Positions 39,666 through 49,419 of a stretch of DNA of 52,117 nt are shown here, in pieces. The notes beneath the pieces were generated by a model. It was not told the DNA's origin, did no database searches, and was given only the letters and a program-made list of their open reading frames with translations. The stretch's first letter is position 1. Each line of letters begins with the position of its first letter. The stretch comes from Aulosira sp. ZfuVER01 (GTDB taxonomy: Bacteria; Cyanobacteriota; Cyanobacteriia; Cyanobacteriales; Nostocaceae): assembly GCA_034530615.2 (NCBI GenBank), contig JAVRCV020000013.1, positions 1 to 52,117 of the forward strand, given 5' to 3'. Made by a program: the position numbers and the translations under genes.

Positions 39666-41333
39666 ATGACTAGTTTAATCGCTGTCAACTTATTTGCTCC
39701 TCGCAATAAAAAAGCTACTTTAATCGGCTCATTTTCTGACTGGCAAGAAACAGTAATGGAGAAAAGCGATGATGGTTATTTCCGTACTCAATTAAATTTA
39801 GAAGATGGAATTTATCAATATAAGTTTCGCGTACAAACTCAAAGTCCTAATTTTTCCCCAGATGAATGGGTAGAAGTCATCGATCCTTATGCTACAGATG
39901 TTGATGAGCAGCAAAAAATTGGCATTCTTCAGATTAAAAATGGTAAAAGAATTGTTGATAGTTATAGTTGGCAGTACGATGACATACCTCTACCAGAAAA
40001 TGAAGAATTAGTAATATATGAAATGCATGTTGCTGATTTTACTGGTGGTGAAGTTGATAAGGAAAAACGAGGAACGTATTTAGATGCTATTGAAAAACTA
40101 GATTATCTTCAGGAATTGGGGATTAATGCAATTGAATTAATGCCAGTGAATGAGTACCCAGGTGATTATAGCTGGGGATACAAAGTACGCCATTTTTTCG
40201 CTACAGAATCTAGCTATGGTTCCACAGAAGATTTAAAGCGGTTAATTGATGAGTGTCATCGTAGAGGCATTCGGGTCTTTATGGATGGAATTTATAACCA
40301 TACTGATGAAGAATGCCCATTAATGCTAATTGACAGGAATTACTGGTACTACGAACACATGCATTATCCGGAAGACCCGGCTAATTATTGGGGACCAGAA
40401 TTTAACTACGATAACTATGACGAAAAATTAGATATTAAACCTGCTTGGAAATACATCGGAGATGTAGTGCGTTTTTGGGATCGGGAGTATCACATTGATG
40501 GTATTCGCTTTGATGCAGTGCGCCAATTAGCTAACTTTGAATTTTTACATTGGCTAGCCACACAAGCAAAAAAGAATACTGTTGCCAAGCCATATTACAA
40601 TATTGCCGAACACATTCCTGATACCAGCAAAATCACAACACCACAGGGTCCCCTAGATGCCTGCTGGCATGAAAGTTTTCATTACTTTATAATTCCGCAT
40701 CTTTGTGGTGAGAAATTTGAATTAGATCATCTCAAGCAGGTTTTAGACCCCAAACAGCAGGGTTATAAAACTGCTACCAATGTAATAAATTATTTAGCGA
40801 CTCACGATCGCGAACGTTTATTTAGAGAATTAGGTAACAGAGGTATCTTTGATGAAGCAGCATTTACACGCGCCAAGTTAGGCGCTGTGCTGTTAATCAC
40901 AGCAATGGGTATCCCAATGCTGTGGATGGGAGAAGAGTTTGGCGAACACAAACGCAAGAGCGAAAAAGTCACGCAGCCAAAGAAAATTGCCTGGCCATTG
41001 TTAGAAAAAGCTGAAAATCGCGATTTATTTGAGTATTACAAAAAACTCATTGTCTTAAGGAAGCACAATCCAGCCTTGCAAAGTGACAATATAGAGTTCT
41101 TCCACGAAGATGCACAGGCAAAACTTTTAGCATACCGCCGCTGGAGCGATCGCGGTTCTCAAGTAGTGATTGTAGTAAATTTCTCTAACCAGAGTCTTAC
41201 AGATTATCTAATCCCCAACTTTCCTACTGCGGAGCATTGGCAAGATTGGTTCGCAAACACTCAAGTAGAACCTGGGAAAGATGGTCTGGTGAGTGATCTC
41301 CAACCCTACACAGCCAAAATATTCGTTTCTTAG
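39666..41333 (+). CDS. GH13 alpha-amylase family glycosidase with CBM48-like domain (paralog 2)
   Basis: Colinear with 32448-34106; 'DGIRFDA', 'IAEH', 'THDRER'. Confidence 0.92.
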   Translation: MTSLIAVNLFAPRNKKATLIGSFSDWQETVMEKSDDGYFRTQLNLEDGIYQYKFRVQTQSPNFSPDEWVEVIDPYATDVDEQQKIGILQIKNGKRIVDSYSWQYDDIPLPENEELVIYEMHVADFTGGEVDKEKRGTYLDAIEKLDYLQELGINAIELMPVNEYPGDYSWGYKVRHFFATESSYGSTEDLKRLIDECHRRGIRVFMDGIYNHTDEECPLMLIDRNYWYYEHMHYPEDPANYWGPEFNYDNYDEKLDIKPAWKYIGDVVRFWDREYHIDGIRFDAVRQLANFEFLHWLATQAKKNTVAKPYYNIAEHIPDTSKITTPQGPLDACWHESFHYFIIPHLCGEKFELDHLKQVLDPKQQGYKTATNVINYLATHDRERLFRELGNRGIFDEAAFTRAKLGAVLLITAMGIPMLWMGEEFGEHKRKSEKVTQPKKIAWPLLEKAENRDLFEYYKKLIVLRKHNPALQSDNIEFFHEDAQAKLLAYRRWSDRGSQVVIVVNFSNQSLTDYLIPNFPTAEHWQDWFANTQVEPGKDGLVSDLQPYTAKIFVS

Positions 41334-41425
41334 TGCAGCAAAGTTCTTTCACCCCACAGCTTGAGGGCTGTGATATTATTAGAGACTGCTGCATAAATTT
41401 AGAAAAACTAGAAATTGAATCGATC

Positions 41426-41695
41426 ATGGCTCTGACGCAACAGCGCAAACAAGAACTCATTTCCAGCTATCAAGTTCACGAAACTGATACCGGCTCTGCC
41501 GATGTCCAAATTGCTATGCTCACTGAGCGCATTAACCGTCTCAGCGAACATCTCCAAGCAAACAAGAAAGACCATTCTTCTCGCAGAGGTTTGTTGAAGC
41601 TAATTGGTCATCGCAAGCGTCTTCTCTCCTATATCCAGCAAGAAAGCCGGGAAAAATACCAAGCTTTGATTGCTCGTCTGGGAATTCGTGGTTAA
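41426..41695 (+). CDS. rpsO: 30S ribosomal protein S15
   Basis: '[20 protein letters not shown]…[10 protein letters not shown]'; 89 aa from ATG 41426. Confidence 0.98.
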   Translation: MALTQQRKQELISSYQVHETDTGSADVQIAMLTERINRLSEHLQANKKDHSSRRGLLKLIGHRKRLLSYIQQESREKYQALIARLGIRG

Positions 41696-41706
41696 GGATA
41701 CCGCTT

Positions 41707-42177
41707 ATGTCTGCTGAAGAATCTGAACGCAGCCGCTTACCTTTTGAACCGAATAAAAAGCGCCAAAAACCCACAAAAGCCAAAAGTCAACCACCAGCAA
41801 AATCAGAGGAATCTGGGGGAAAGATAAGCAAACAGCCACCCTATACCAAAGAGGAGATGACAATCCCAAAAGTAGTTAGTCAACGGATGATCCGGCGAGT
41901 AGCTGCATTCTGTGGGATACCAACAGCTTTGGGTATTTCTACTTTGGTTGTGAGCTATTTACTGACCATCTATACCGACATTAGACTAGCTCCCATCGCC
42001 GTGTTATTGGTCAACATGGCATTGTTTGGTTTGGGGGTATTGGGGATAACCTATGGCGTTCTCTCTGCTTCTTGGGATGAAGACAGAGTAGGCAATTGGC
42101 TGGGTTTGGCTGAATTCGGCATCAATTGGGGACGCATGGTGGACGTTTGGCGCGAAACTCGGCAAAAGAAAGTTTGA
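41707..42177 (+). CDS. pam68: PAM68 photosystem II assembly factor
   Basis: 'IP.VVS.RM.RR', two TM helices, 'YG.LSASWD'; follows rpsO. Confidence 0.9.
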   Translation: MSAEESERSRLPFEPNKKRQKPTKAKSQPPAKSEESGGKISKQPPYTKEEMTIPKVVSQRMIRRVAAFCGIPTALGISTLVVSYLLTIYTDIRLAPIAVLLVNMALFGLGVLGITYGVLSASWDEDRVGNWLGLAEFGINWGRMVDVWRETRQKKV

Positions 42178-42552
42178 TTTTGGCGCTCAGTTATCAGAAG
42201 ACTGTAATGTTGGGTAAATTTTAGAGTAAATGTTGAAGTTGAAATTTAATAACTTCAACATTGCCAATTAAAAAATTTATGATTATTTTATACCCTCAAT
42301 CTTCAGTAGCAGAACCACTGAGCGCTATCTTTGTCAAAGAAGGCAGATGGCAGAAGGAAGCGATTACAAGGAGTCAGAATCCTTCTGTAATTCAAACAAA
42401 ATTGGTCAAGGTAAAGGGCTTTTATAGAACCTTTTTTGTTCCCTTCCGCCCTCAGATCTATTGAAAAAGTAGGTAAAGAAAGGTTATATCAATTCTCCAA
42501 AATTCAGCAACAGATACAAGCTCCGAAACCCTTGTATTAGCTGGTTTTCTTA

Positions 42553-42583
42553 ATTTTGAATTTTGAATTTTGAATTTTGAATT
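42553..42583. repeat. STRR heptamer ATTTTGA x4
   Basis: Direct tandem repeats. Confidence 0.8.
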
Positions 42584-42632
42584 GGTATTACGCCCCCTAA
42601 GAAGCAACTCAACTAAATCAGGGAATTTAATT

Positions 42633-43688
42633 ATGATTGTCGTAATGAAAATCGGTTCCCCAGAGGCAGAAATCAATCGTATTAACGAAGAATTAACTAG
42701 CTGGGGGCTGACACCAGAAAAAATTATCGGTAAGCACAAAGTAGTTATTGGTTTGGTAGGTGAGACTGCCGATTTAGATCCCCTACAAATTCAAGAAGTT
42801 AGCCCTTGGATTGAGCAAGTTTTGCGCGTAGAGTTGCCTTATAAACGGGCTAGTCGTCAGTACCGCCACGGTGAAGCCTCTGATGTGGTGGTTAATACGC
42901 CTGATGGGCCAGTTGTATTTGGCGAACATCATCCGGTAGTAGTGGTTGCTGGCCCCTGCTCTGTCGAAAATGAGGAAATGATTATCGAGACAGCCCAGCG
43001 CGTTAAAGCATCTGGAGCTAAGTTTTTACGCGGTGGTGCATACAAACCCCGGACTTCACCTTACGCTTTCCAAGGACACGGCGAGAGTGCTTTGGATTTA
43101 TTGGCAAAAGCGAGGGAAGTTAGCGGGCTAGGCGTGATTACAGAAGTTATGGACGCCGCCGACCTAGATAAAATCGCAGAAGTTGCCGATATGATCCAAG
43201 TCGGAGCTAGAAATATGCAGAATTTCTCTCTGCTCAAAAAAGTGGGAGCGCAATCGAAACCTGTGCTTTTGAAGCGGGGAATGGCGGCTACTATTGAAGA
43301 TTGGTTGATGGCTGCTGAGTATGTTTTGGCGGCGGGAAATCCGAATGTAATTTTATGTGAGCGCGGAATTCGCACTTTTGACCGTCAGTTCACTCGCAAC
43401 ACCCTGGATTTATCGGTAGTGCCGGTTTTACGCAAACTAACTCACCTACCAATCATGATTGATCCCAGTCACGGTACAGGTTGGTCTGAGTTTGTTCCTT
43501 CTATGGCAATGGCCGCGATCGCAGCTGGTACTGATTCTCTTATGATTGAGGTTCACCCCAACCCTAAAAAAGCTTTGTCGGATGGGCCTCAATCTCTTAC
43601 ACCAGATGCTTTTGACCATTTGATGCAAGAATTAGCCGTAGTTGGTAAGGCTGTAGGGCGTTGGCAGACAGCAGTTGCTGTAGTGTAA
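42633..43688 (+). CDS. aroF: DAHP synthase, class I-beta with N-terminal regulatory domain
   Basis: 'MIVVMK', 'AGPCSVE', 'GGAYKPRTSPY.FQG', 'GARNMQN', 'DPSHG'. Confidence 0.95.
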   Translation: MIVVMKIGSPEAEINRINEELTSWGLTPEKIIGKHKVVIGLVGETADLDPLQIQEVSPWIEQVLRVELPYKRASRQYRHGEASDVVVNTPDGPVVFGEHHPVVVVAGPCSVENEEMIIETAQRVKASGAKFLRGGAYKPRTSPYAFQGHGESALDLLAKAREVSGLGVITEVMDAADLDKIAEVADMIQVGARNMQNFSLLKKVGAQSKPVLLKRGMAATIEDWLMAAEYVLAAGNPNVILCERGIRTFDRQFTRNTLDLSVVPVLRKLTHLPIMIDPSHGTGWSEFVPSMAMAAIAAGTDSLMIEVHPNPKKALSDGPQSLTPDAFDHLMQELAVVGKAVGRWQTAVAVV

Positions 43689-43818
43689 ATTTCACTGAGC
43701 ATTAGTTATTTCCCCTTGTCTCTCAACTCTCCCTTATCTCCCTCAATCCTTTACTTACGACTCAGTAGTCTCTATGATATTCCTCGGTAATTTGTAGTTA
43801 AATTAACCAAGGTTTCTT

Positions 43819-44409
43819 ATGCCTACTATTGCGGTCGTCTACTTCTCTGGTGCAGGTCATACTCATCTGATGGCTGAAGCTATCGCTAAAGGTGCAAGCC
43901 AAGTTGAAGGCACAACTGTTGAAATGCTGCGGATTACTGGCGAACAGATTGTGAATGGTCGCTGGCAAAATGATGAAATTCTCGAAAAGCTTAATCAGGC
44001 AGATGCGATTGTTTTTGGTTCGCCTACTTATATGGGTGGTATCGCAGCTCAGTTTAAGGCTTTTATAGATGCAGCTAGCTCAGTTTGGTTCAGACATGGC
44101 TGGAAAGACAAGATTGCGGCTGGCTTTACGCACTCTAGCTCTCCTAGTGGCGATAAGCAGGGAACGCTTTTATCCTTAGCAACGAACGCAGCCCAGCATG
44201 GGATGATTTGGGTAAACGTGGGAGACTTGCAAAGCTTTTTGTTTGGTAAGGATGATGGCGTAAATCGACTGGGAGGATTTCTTGGTGTGCTTGGTCAAAG
44301 TCCACTGGATATGAGTGGCAACCCAGCAGTTTTAGATGAGGGCGATCGCCTTACCTCAGAACGCTTTGGGCAACGCATTGCAGAGGCGACTAAACGTTGG
44401 GTTAAGTAG
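43819..44409 (+). CDS. WrbA-like flavodoxin family protein
   Basis: 'YFSGAGHT', 'GSPTYMG', 'WKDKIAAGFT', 'QHGMIW'. Confidence 0.9.
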   Translation: MPTIAVVYFSGAGHTHLMAEAIAKGASQVEGTTVEMLRITGEQIVNGRWQNDEILEKLNQADAIVFGSPTYMGGIAAQFKAFIDAASSVWFRHGWKDKIAAGFTHSSSPSGDKQGTLLSLATNAAQHGMIWVNVGDLQSFLFGKDDGVNRLGGFLGVLGQSPLDMSGNPAVLDEGDRLTSERFGQRIAEATKRWVK

Positions 44410-44444
44410 AAGATTCAGTACTAAATAAGCTCATCACCATAATT

Positions 44445-44474
44445 AAGGGTGTTACTGATTGCGGTAATACCCTT
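44445..44474 (+). terminator. hairpin after flavodoxin gene
   Basis: AAGGGTGTTACTG-attg-CGGTAATACCCTT. Confidence 0.55.
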
Positions 44475-44699
44475 GATCGCTAGTTGCTACACAGTCCAAT
44501 TACATAGAATTATTAATAATTTCTCAAATATAAGAAGAGTTGATTGGGATATTTTTACATTAATCTCAGTATTATTACCAAGTCTTTCCCTAGACTAGCT
44601 CCCAAGCCGCTTATTTTTCGGTGTTATTACTAATTTTACTTAAAATCATATTGTAGTTAAATTAAATACCTACTTTAATCGGTATGTACTTAATTAGAA

Positions 44700-45476
44700 A
44701 TGTCTACAAATATCCTTGCACCATATCTCAGACACTATACTACATATCTATTTTCTAGATTGATTCCTCAGCAGAAAATTTATATATGTTCTTGGTTATT
44801 ATCTAAACTATTTACTCAATTATCTAAATTAAAAATCTTTGCTTTATTGTTCGGCATTAAAATTCATAATATCTGCCCTCTGACAACTACAACTGAAGTT
44901 TTTTTAAGAATAATATTGTCTAGCCTTTATAAGAAAAATCTAGAAAATTTAAATATAAGAATAAAGGATATAGGTATAGAAAATTTATTAAATATCTATC
45001 AAAAAAATAATAAAGTCATTATCTGTAGCGTTCATTTTCCACTTAATCGGAGTATATTTTACACTATCCAAGCTTCTAAAATTCCTTATGCAATAATCGG
45101 TCATTCACAGCCTGATAGAATTGAATGGGATGCTGAAACTGCTGATTATTCTACAATTAAGCCTTCACCTTATGCATTGATAAATGCAAAAAAAGAACTG
45201 CTGTCAGATAAAGTAATTCTATGTATGATTGATAAATATTTTGGGAGTGATTCCGTTATTCTTTCTTCTAATTTATTGAAATTTGCTCAATTATCCCATA
45301 CTCCTATAATGTTTTTCGCTACAAAACTTTTAGAGAATGGAGAAATTTTAACTTATTTTTATACTCCAAAAAAGCCTATTTTGTCAACCAATGAAGATTT
45401 TGAAGATTGTAAAACTGAATTTGTGAATTTTCTAAATATTTTTAGTTCCAAAAAAATTCCTATTTACTTTAATTAA
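44700..45476 (+). CDS. AT-rich hypothetical protein, LpxL/lysophospholipid acyltransferase-like
   Basis: 'GIENL…VIICSVHF', 'L..DKVILCMID', 'FAQLSHTPIMF' resemble the acyltransferase fold. Confidence 0.55.
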   Translation: MSTNILAPYLRHYTTYLFSRLIPQQKIYICSWLLSKLFTQLSKLKIFALLFGIKIHNICPLTTTTEVFLRIILSSLYKKNLENLNIRIKDIGIENLLNIYQKNNKVIICSVHFPLNRSIFYTIQASKIPYAIIGHSQPDRIEWDAETADYSTIKPSPYALINAKKELLSDKVILCMIDKYFGSDSVILSSNLLKFAQLSHTPIMFFATKLLENGEILTYFYTPKKPILSTNEDFEDCKTEFVNFLNIFSSKKIPIYFN

Positions 45477-45510
45477 GTCATGCTTATTTTTTCCCTAAAT
45501 AACTATAGAT

Positions 45511-46050
45511 TTATTTCGGTGTACGCTCAATCACATCAATTGCTGTCTTCAACCAATCAATATAAGCTTGTTCTCGTTGAGTTACCAAATCTAGTACGAG
45601 TCGTTGCATAATCTGCTCGCGATTTGCACAATCATCAAGCTTTGGTGGCTGAATATTGTCACATTCAGCTAGTTTGTTTTTACGTATAGCTAGTTGTTGT
45701 TCTAACAATTTAATAATGGCTGCGTTCGGTAATTGTGCAGCAAAATATAATTGCACTAGCAAAGGTTCTCGTAATGTCGGTAAAGGCTGATGACATTGCA
45801 ACCAGCGTATAAATTCGGCTTTTCCGGCTTCTGTGATCGAATATACTTTGCGATTAGGGCGATCGCTCTGAATTTCAACACTACAACTAATCCAACCTTG
45901 CTCAACCAGTTTATCGAGGGTTCTGTAAATCTGTGCCTGGTCTGCGGGCCACAAATGTGCAACGCATTGATCGAAGCAGGTAGTTTTGAGGTCGTAACCT
46001 GTCATCTCCTCTTGCTGAAGCAAACCGAGAATTGTATGGGCTAGAGACAT
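45511..46050 (-). CDS. PadR family transcriptional regulator
   Basis: 'ILGLL…TGYDL', 'QIYRTLDKL', 'RKVYSITEAG'. Confidence 0.93.
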   Translation of the reverse strand: MSLAHTILGLLQQEEMTGYDLKTTCFDQCVAHLWPADQAQIYRTLDKLVEQGWISCSVEIQSDRPNRKVYSITEAGKAEFIRWLQCHQPLPTLREPLLVQLYFAAQLPNAAIIKLLEQQLAIRKNKLAECDNIQPPKLDDCANREQIMQRLVLDLVTQREQAYIDWLKTAIDVIERTPK

Positions 46051-46203
46051 AGGCGGTTTTCCGAAGCTACAGTAGGGGAAACTCTATCTATCATTTTTTA
46101 TAAAATTCCAGTTACTATAAGACTAATCATATATTAGAGCTATCTAATAAATAATTAATTTTAGGCAATCAAGCTGAAAAATAGCATATCAAGGAGGAGA
46201 TTA

Positions 46204-47097
46204 ATGACGACTCAAATACAAACGATGCGAACAGTCGCAGGAATCATCAATAGTGTGCAAACCCTAGAGGGTGAAGGTATGCTGGTGCGTCGTCCTTTTC
46301 CCAAGAGCAGCTTTACCGACTTTGACCCGTTTCTCCTCCTTGATGAATTTGGCCCTGTTGATGTTGAACCAGGTAAAGCAAAGGGAGCGCCAGATCATCC
46401 TCACAGAGGCTTTGAGACTGTCACCTATATTCTAGAGGGGCGCGTTGAACACAAAGATTCTCAAGGTCATGCAGGAAAACTGAGTGCTGGCGATGTGCAG
46501 TGGATGACAGCAGGAGCAGGTGTTGTCCATTCAGAAATGCCAGATCGAGAATTTGCTCGTACTGGCGGGCGGGTTCACGGATTGCAACTGTGGGTGAATT
46601 TACCCCGCAGTGACAAGATGATGAAGCCGCGTTATCAAGAAATTCCATCTGCAAGAATTCCGACTGCGCAAACAAATGATGGTTTGGTGAAAGTAAAAGT
46701 TATAGCAGGAGAAGCGCTAGGAGCAAAAGCTGTCATCCAAACGCAAACTCCGATTATGTACTTACATTTCACACTTCAACCAGATGCGATCGCAGTTCAG
46801 CCTGTGCCAAAAGAATACAATGCTTTTATATATGTGCTTGATGGAGAAGGCTTGTTTGGTGCAGAAAAAGAACGTGCGGGAGATGGGCAGATGATATTGT
46901 TTGCACAAGACGGTGAGGAAGTGGCGATCGCAAATCCATCGAACGCAAAATCACCATTAGATGTATTACTCATCGCTGGTGTACCGCTAAACGAACCAGT
47001 TGTTCGCTACGGCCCATTTGTAATGAATACTGAAGCCGAAATTATTCAAGCAATTGAAGACTATCGTAACGGGAGGATGGGTTCCATTGACTTCTAA
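46204..47097 (+). CDS. pirin family protein
   Basis: 'DPFLLLD', 'HPHRGFETVTY', 'QWMTAG.G..HSE', 'GPFVMN'. Confidence 0.95.
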   Translation: MTTQIQTMRTVAGIINSVQTLEGEGMLVRRPFPKSSFTDFDPFLLLDEFGPVDVEPGKAKGAPDHPHRGFETVTYILEGRVEHKDSQGHAGKLSAGDVQWMTAGAGVVHSEMPDREFARTGGRVHGLQLWVNLPRSDKMMKPRYQEIPSARIPTAQTNDGLVKVKVIAGEALGAKAVIQTQTPIMYLHFTLQPDAIAVQPVPKEYNAFIYVLDGEGLFGAEKERAGDGQMILFAQDGEEVAIANPSNAKSPLDVLLIAGVPLNEPVVRYGPFVMNTEAEIIQAIEDYRNGRMGSIDF

Positions 47098-47497
47098 CAT
47101 ACTTCTACAACGAATCAATCAACAGCAATTTTTACGTAATTTGCGCAACAAATTTCTCAGCCTGCACTCCAGTTTGCTGGAGACAGAACGCATCGCTTAC
47201 GAACAAGTGAGTGGTAGAGTATCGAGTACAGAACTTCTACGACTAGTTATCGATCACGAACAATTTGCTTGGCTACATCGCATTTCTGAGCTAGTTGTGC
47301 AAATTGATGAAATGCTGGCAGCAGATGAACCCATATTACCGGAGTCTGTGCAAAAGTTAATTGCCGATGCTCGGAAGCTAATTGTACCGTCAGAGTTGGG
47401 CAATGCTTTTGCCAGAAAGTATTATGCTGCTCTCCAGCGCGAACCTAGCGTTGTATTAGCACACGCAGAGGTATCACAACTGCTTGCGGTCAAGTAG
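47087..47497 (+). CDS. hypothetical protein
   Basis: 'FAWLHRISELVVQIDE', 'F..KY..ALQREP.VVLAH'; probable TTG start overlapping the pirin stop. Confidence 0.75.
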   Translation: MTSNILLQRINQQQFLRNLRNKFLSLHSSLLETERIAYEQVSGRVSSTELLRLVIDHEQFAWLHRISELVVQIDEMLAADEPILPESVQKLIADARKLIVPSELGNAFARKYYAALQREPSVVLAHAEVSQLLAVK

Positions 47498-47508
47498 TAA
47501 GATAAAGT

Positions 47509-47542
47509 GAGCATCTGGTTTCCGTCCTGAGCCAGATGCTCA
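47509..47542. terminator. hairpin between convergent genes
   Basis: TGAGCATCTGG…CCAGATGCTCA. Confidence 0.55.
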
Positions 47543-47685
47543 TGCTCTTAAATTGGCGATCGCTACACGATTACCAAAGTAAAGTTGAATAAAAAATAAG
47601 GGATGCCAGCAATATATGCGGACATCCCAGAATAGAAGATTATGTTTTGGTTTATGCCAAATTCTGTAAGGGAGAAGTCTGAGAG

Positions 47686-48570
47686 TTAGCGGCGTCTACT
47701 GCCAAAAGCGGGTGCGCGACGACCACTACTACGTCCCCCGCTACCAAAGCTACTACCGCTAGGAGTGCGTCTGGTAGATCTGGAACTATTGGAAGGTCTG
47801 AGTTCGCTACCACCAAAACCAGAACCACTAGGACGGTTAGTAGTGGTACGACGTGGTGCTGTCGATCCACTAGGATAGTTTCTTCTAATTGTCCCTGTGG
47901 TGCGGAACGCTGTGCGATTTCTCACTGCTGCGGGTGGTTCATTATAGCGACTGCGGTAACTAGAAACCGCTTGGTCATAGCTGCGGCCATATCCACCAAA
48001 GCCAGTCAAAACTCCTCCAGGTTGATAGACAGGAGGTACATAATACTGGGGTCTAAATAACAGACTACCGATCGCCTGACCTGCTATATTACCCGCCACC
48101 GCCCCAGCAAAGGGTGCCCAGAAGCCATTTTCGCGGCGGACAACAACTGTTTCCTGCTGTCCTGTTTGGGGATTGGTTTTGTTCTCTGTAACGTTATGGA
48201 CGTACTCAATTTTAAAGTCTTCTGTTAAGTATAAGATTGGCTGTCCATTTTCTACTTTTAGATAACTTTTTTTACCTTCTTTAATTTCTTCATCTGTCAG
48301 CCGAGCCATTTGCAAGTTTTCGGTGATAAAGGTTGGAGGCTTACTGTTAATTAAAAACAGCGTGTAATCTCCAGTACCATCGTCGTAAGTGGCTTGTTGT
48401 ACTTGATACTGCCCATCACTCAGCTTGGTAGCCGTAGAGGTTTGGCTGACGTTTCTACCTGGAGAAGTGGTTTGTGTTTGTTCTGAACCACCTCCACAAG
48501 CAACTGTTGTCAAGCACAAACTCATGGCTAAACAAACGGCTGTAAATCTACGCAATATGGTCATGATCAT
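47686..48570 (-). CDS. lipoprotein with Gly/Ser/Arg-rich tail
   Basis: Signal peptide with lipobox 'TVAC'; internal hydrophobic helix; low-complexity C-terminus. Confidence 0.8.
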   Translation of the reverse strand: MIMTILRRFTAVCLAMSLCLTTVACGGGSEQTQTTSPGRNVSQTSTATKLSDGQYQVQQATYDDGTGDYTLFLINSKPPTFITENLQMARLTDEEIKEGKKSYLKVENGQPILYLTEDFKIEYVHNVTENKTNPQTGQQETVVVRRENGFWAPFAGAVAGNIAGQAIGSLLFRPQYYVPPVYQPGGVLTGFGGYGRSYDQAVSSYRSRYNEPPAAVRNRTAFRTTGTIRRNYPSGSTAPRRTTTNRPSGSGFGGSELRPSNSSRSTRRTPSGSSFGSGGRSSGRRAPAFGSRRR

Positions 48571-48650
48571 TGCACTAGTATCCTTATTTGAGCTTAACAA
48601 TTTCCCACTACATCTAGTAAGTACGGACTACCCCACTCAGTAGGGATGAG

Positions 48651-48680
48651 GGAGTGTGGGGAGTGTGGGGAGTGTGGGGA
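48651..48680. repeat. tandem GGAGTGTGG repeats
   Basis: Three direct copies; same unit as at 22236. Confidence 0.75.
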
Positions 48681-48764
48681 GCAGAGGAGCAAGAAATAAC
48701 TATTGACTCTTGACAAATAACAGAATTTTCATCCCTCCTGGTGTATGCCGGGAATGATGACTAT

Positions 48765-49358
48765 CTACAAAGGAATCAACTCTGGATAATATTGGATCAG
48801 CTGATCGTTAGTAAGTTCATCACCCAACTGTGCTGGTGAGAAATGCACCTGAACTGCCCGTAACTTATTTTTGTAGTGTAAATTAATTAAAGCTTTTAAA
48901 CCTTCATTTAAAGCTTGAACGTTAGACAAGTCAGTTTCTAACTCTGAGACTTCTCCTTCAAAAGCAGCTGTAATCATTACAATAATGTTGCGTGTTACAG
49001 GTATAGATAAAGGGTCATTCATCCCAGAATCCGAAGCTAAATCGAGGTCAGCACCGTATCTTTCAGCAGAGTCGCTAAATAGTTCATTGACATAATCTCC
49101 CGCCTCGCCTTCGCTCCAAAATACATCACCTTCATTGGCAGCAGAAAGCCAGTATTCATCATATCGCAAAAGGGTTTCACAGATTTCTACCAAGCCTTCT
49201 CCTAAGACTTGTAAGTCCCCTTCTGCATCGATCGCTTCCCTAGCGACACGATTGAATACTCCCAAAATTGGCGCTACTTCCGACCCACCTAAGTGCAGAA
49301 ACAAGCGGCATACAACATAGCGAGTCCGGCCAATCATTCTATTAAAAGAATCACGCAT
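48765..49358 (-). CDS. DUF1517-like protein
   Basis: 'GLVEICETLLRYDEYW', C-terminal 'SPAQLGDELT.DQL…YPELIPL'. Confidence 0.7.
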   Translation of the reverse strand: MRDSFNRMIGRTRYVVCRLFLHLGGSEVAPILGVFNRVAREAIDAEGDLQVLGEGLVEICETLLRYDEYWLSAANEGDVFWSEGEAGDYVNELFSDSAERYGADLDLASDSGMNDPLSIPVTRNIIVMITAAFEGEVSELETDLSNVQALNEGLKALINLHYKNKLRAVQVHFSPAQLGDELTNDQLIQYYPELIPL

Positions 49359-49419
49359 CTGTTTCCTCCACAAATTTATTAGTTATTAGTGAGTGAACAG
49401 TTATTCTACTGATAATTGT

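Noticed and set aside
41333..41425. N-terminal extension of S15
   Set aside because: Standard 89-aa S15 starts at 41426; the upstream segment is probably promoter/leader
42261..42739. ORFs 42261-42464 and 42458-42739
   Set aside because: Composed of intergenic repeats or antisense to aroF
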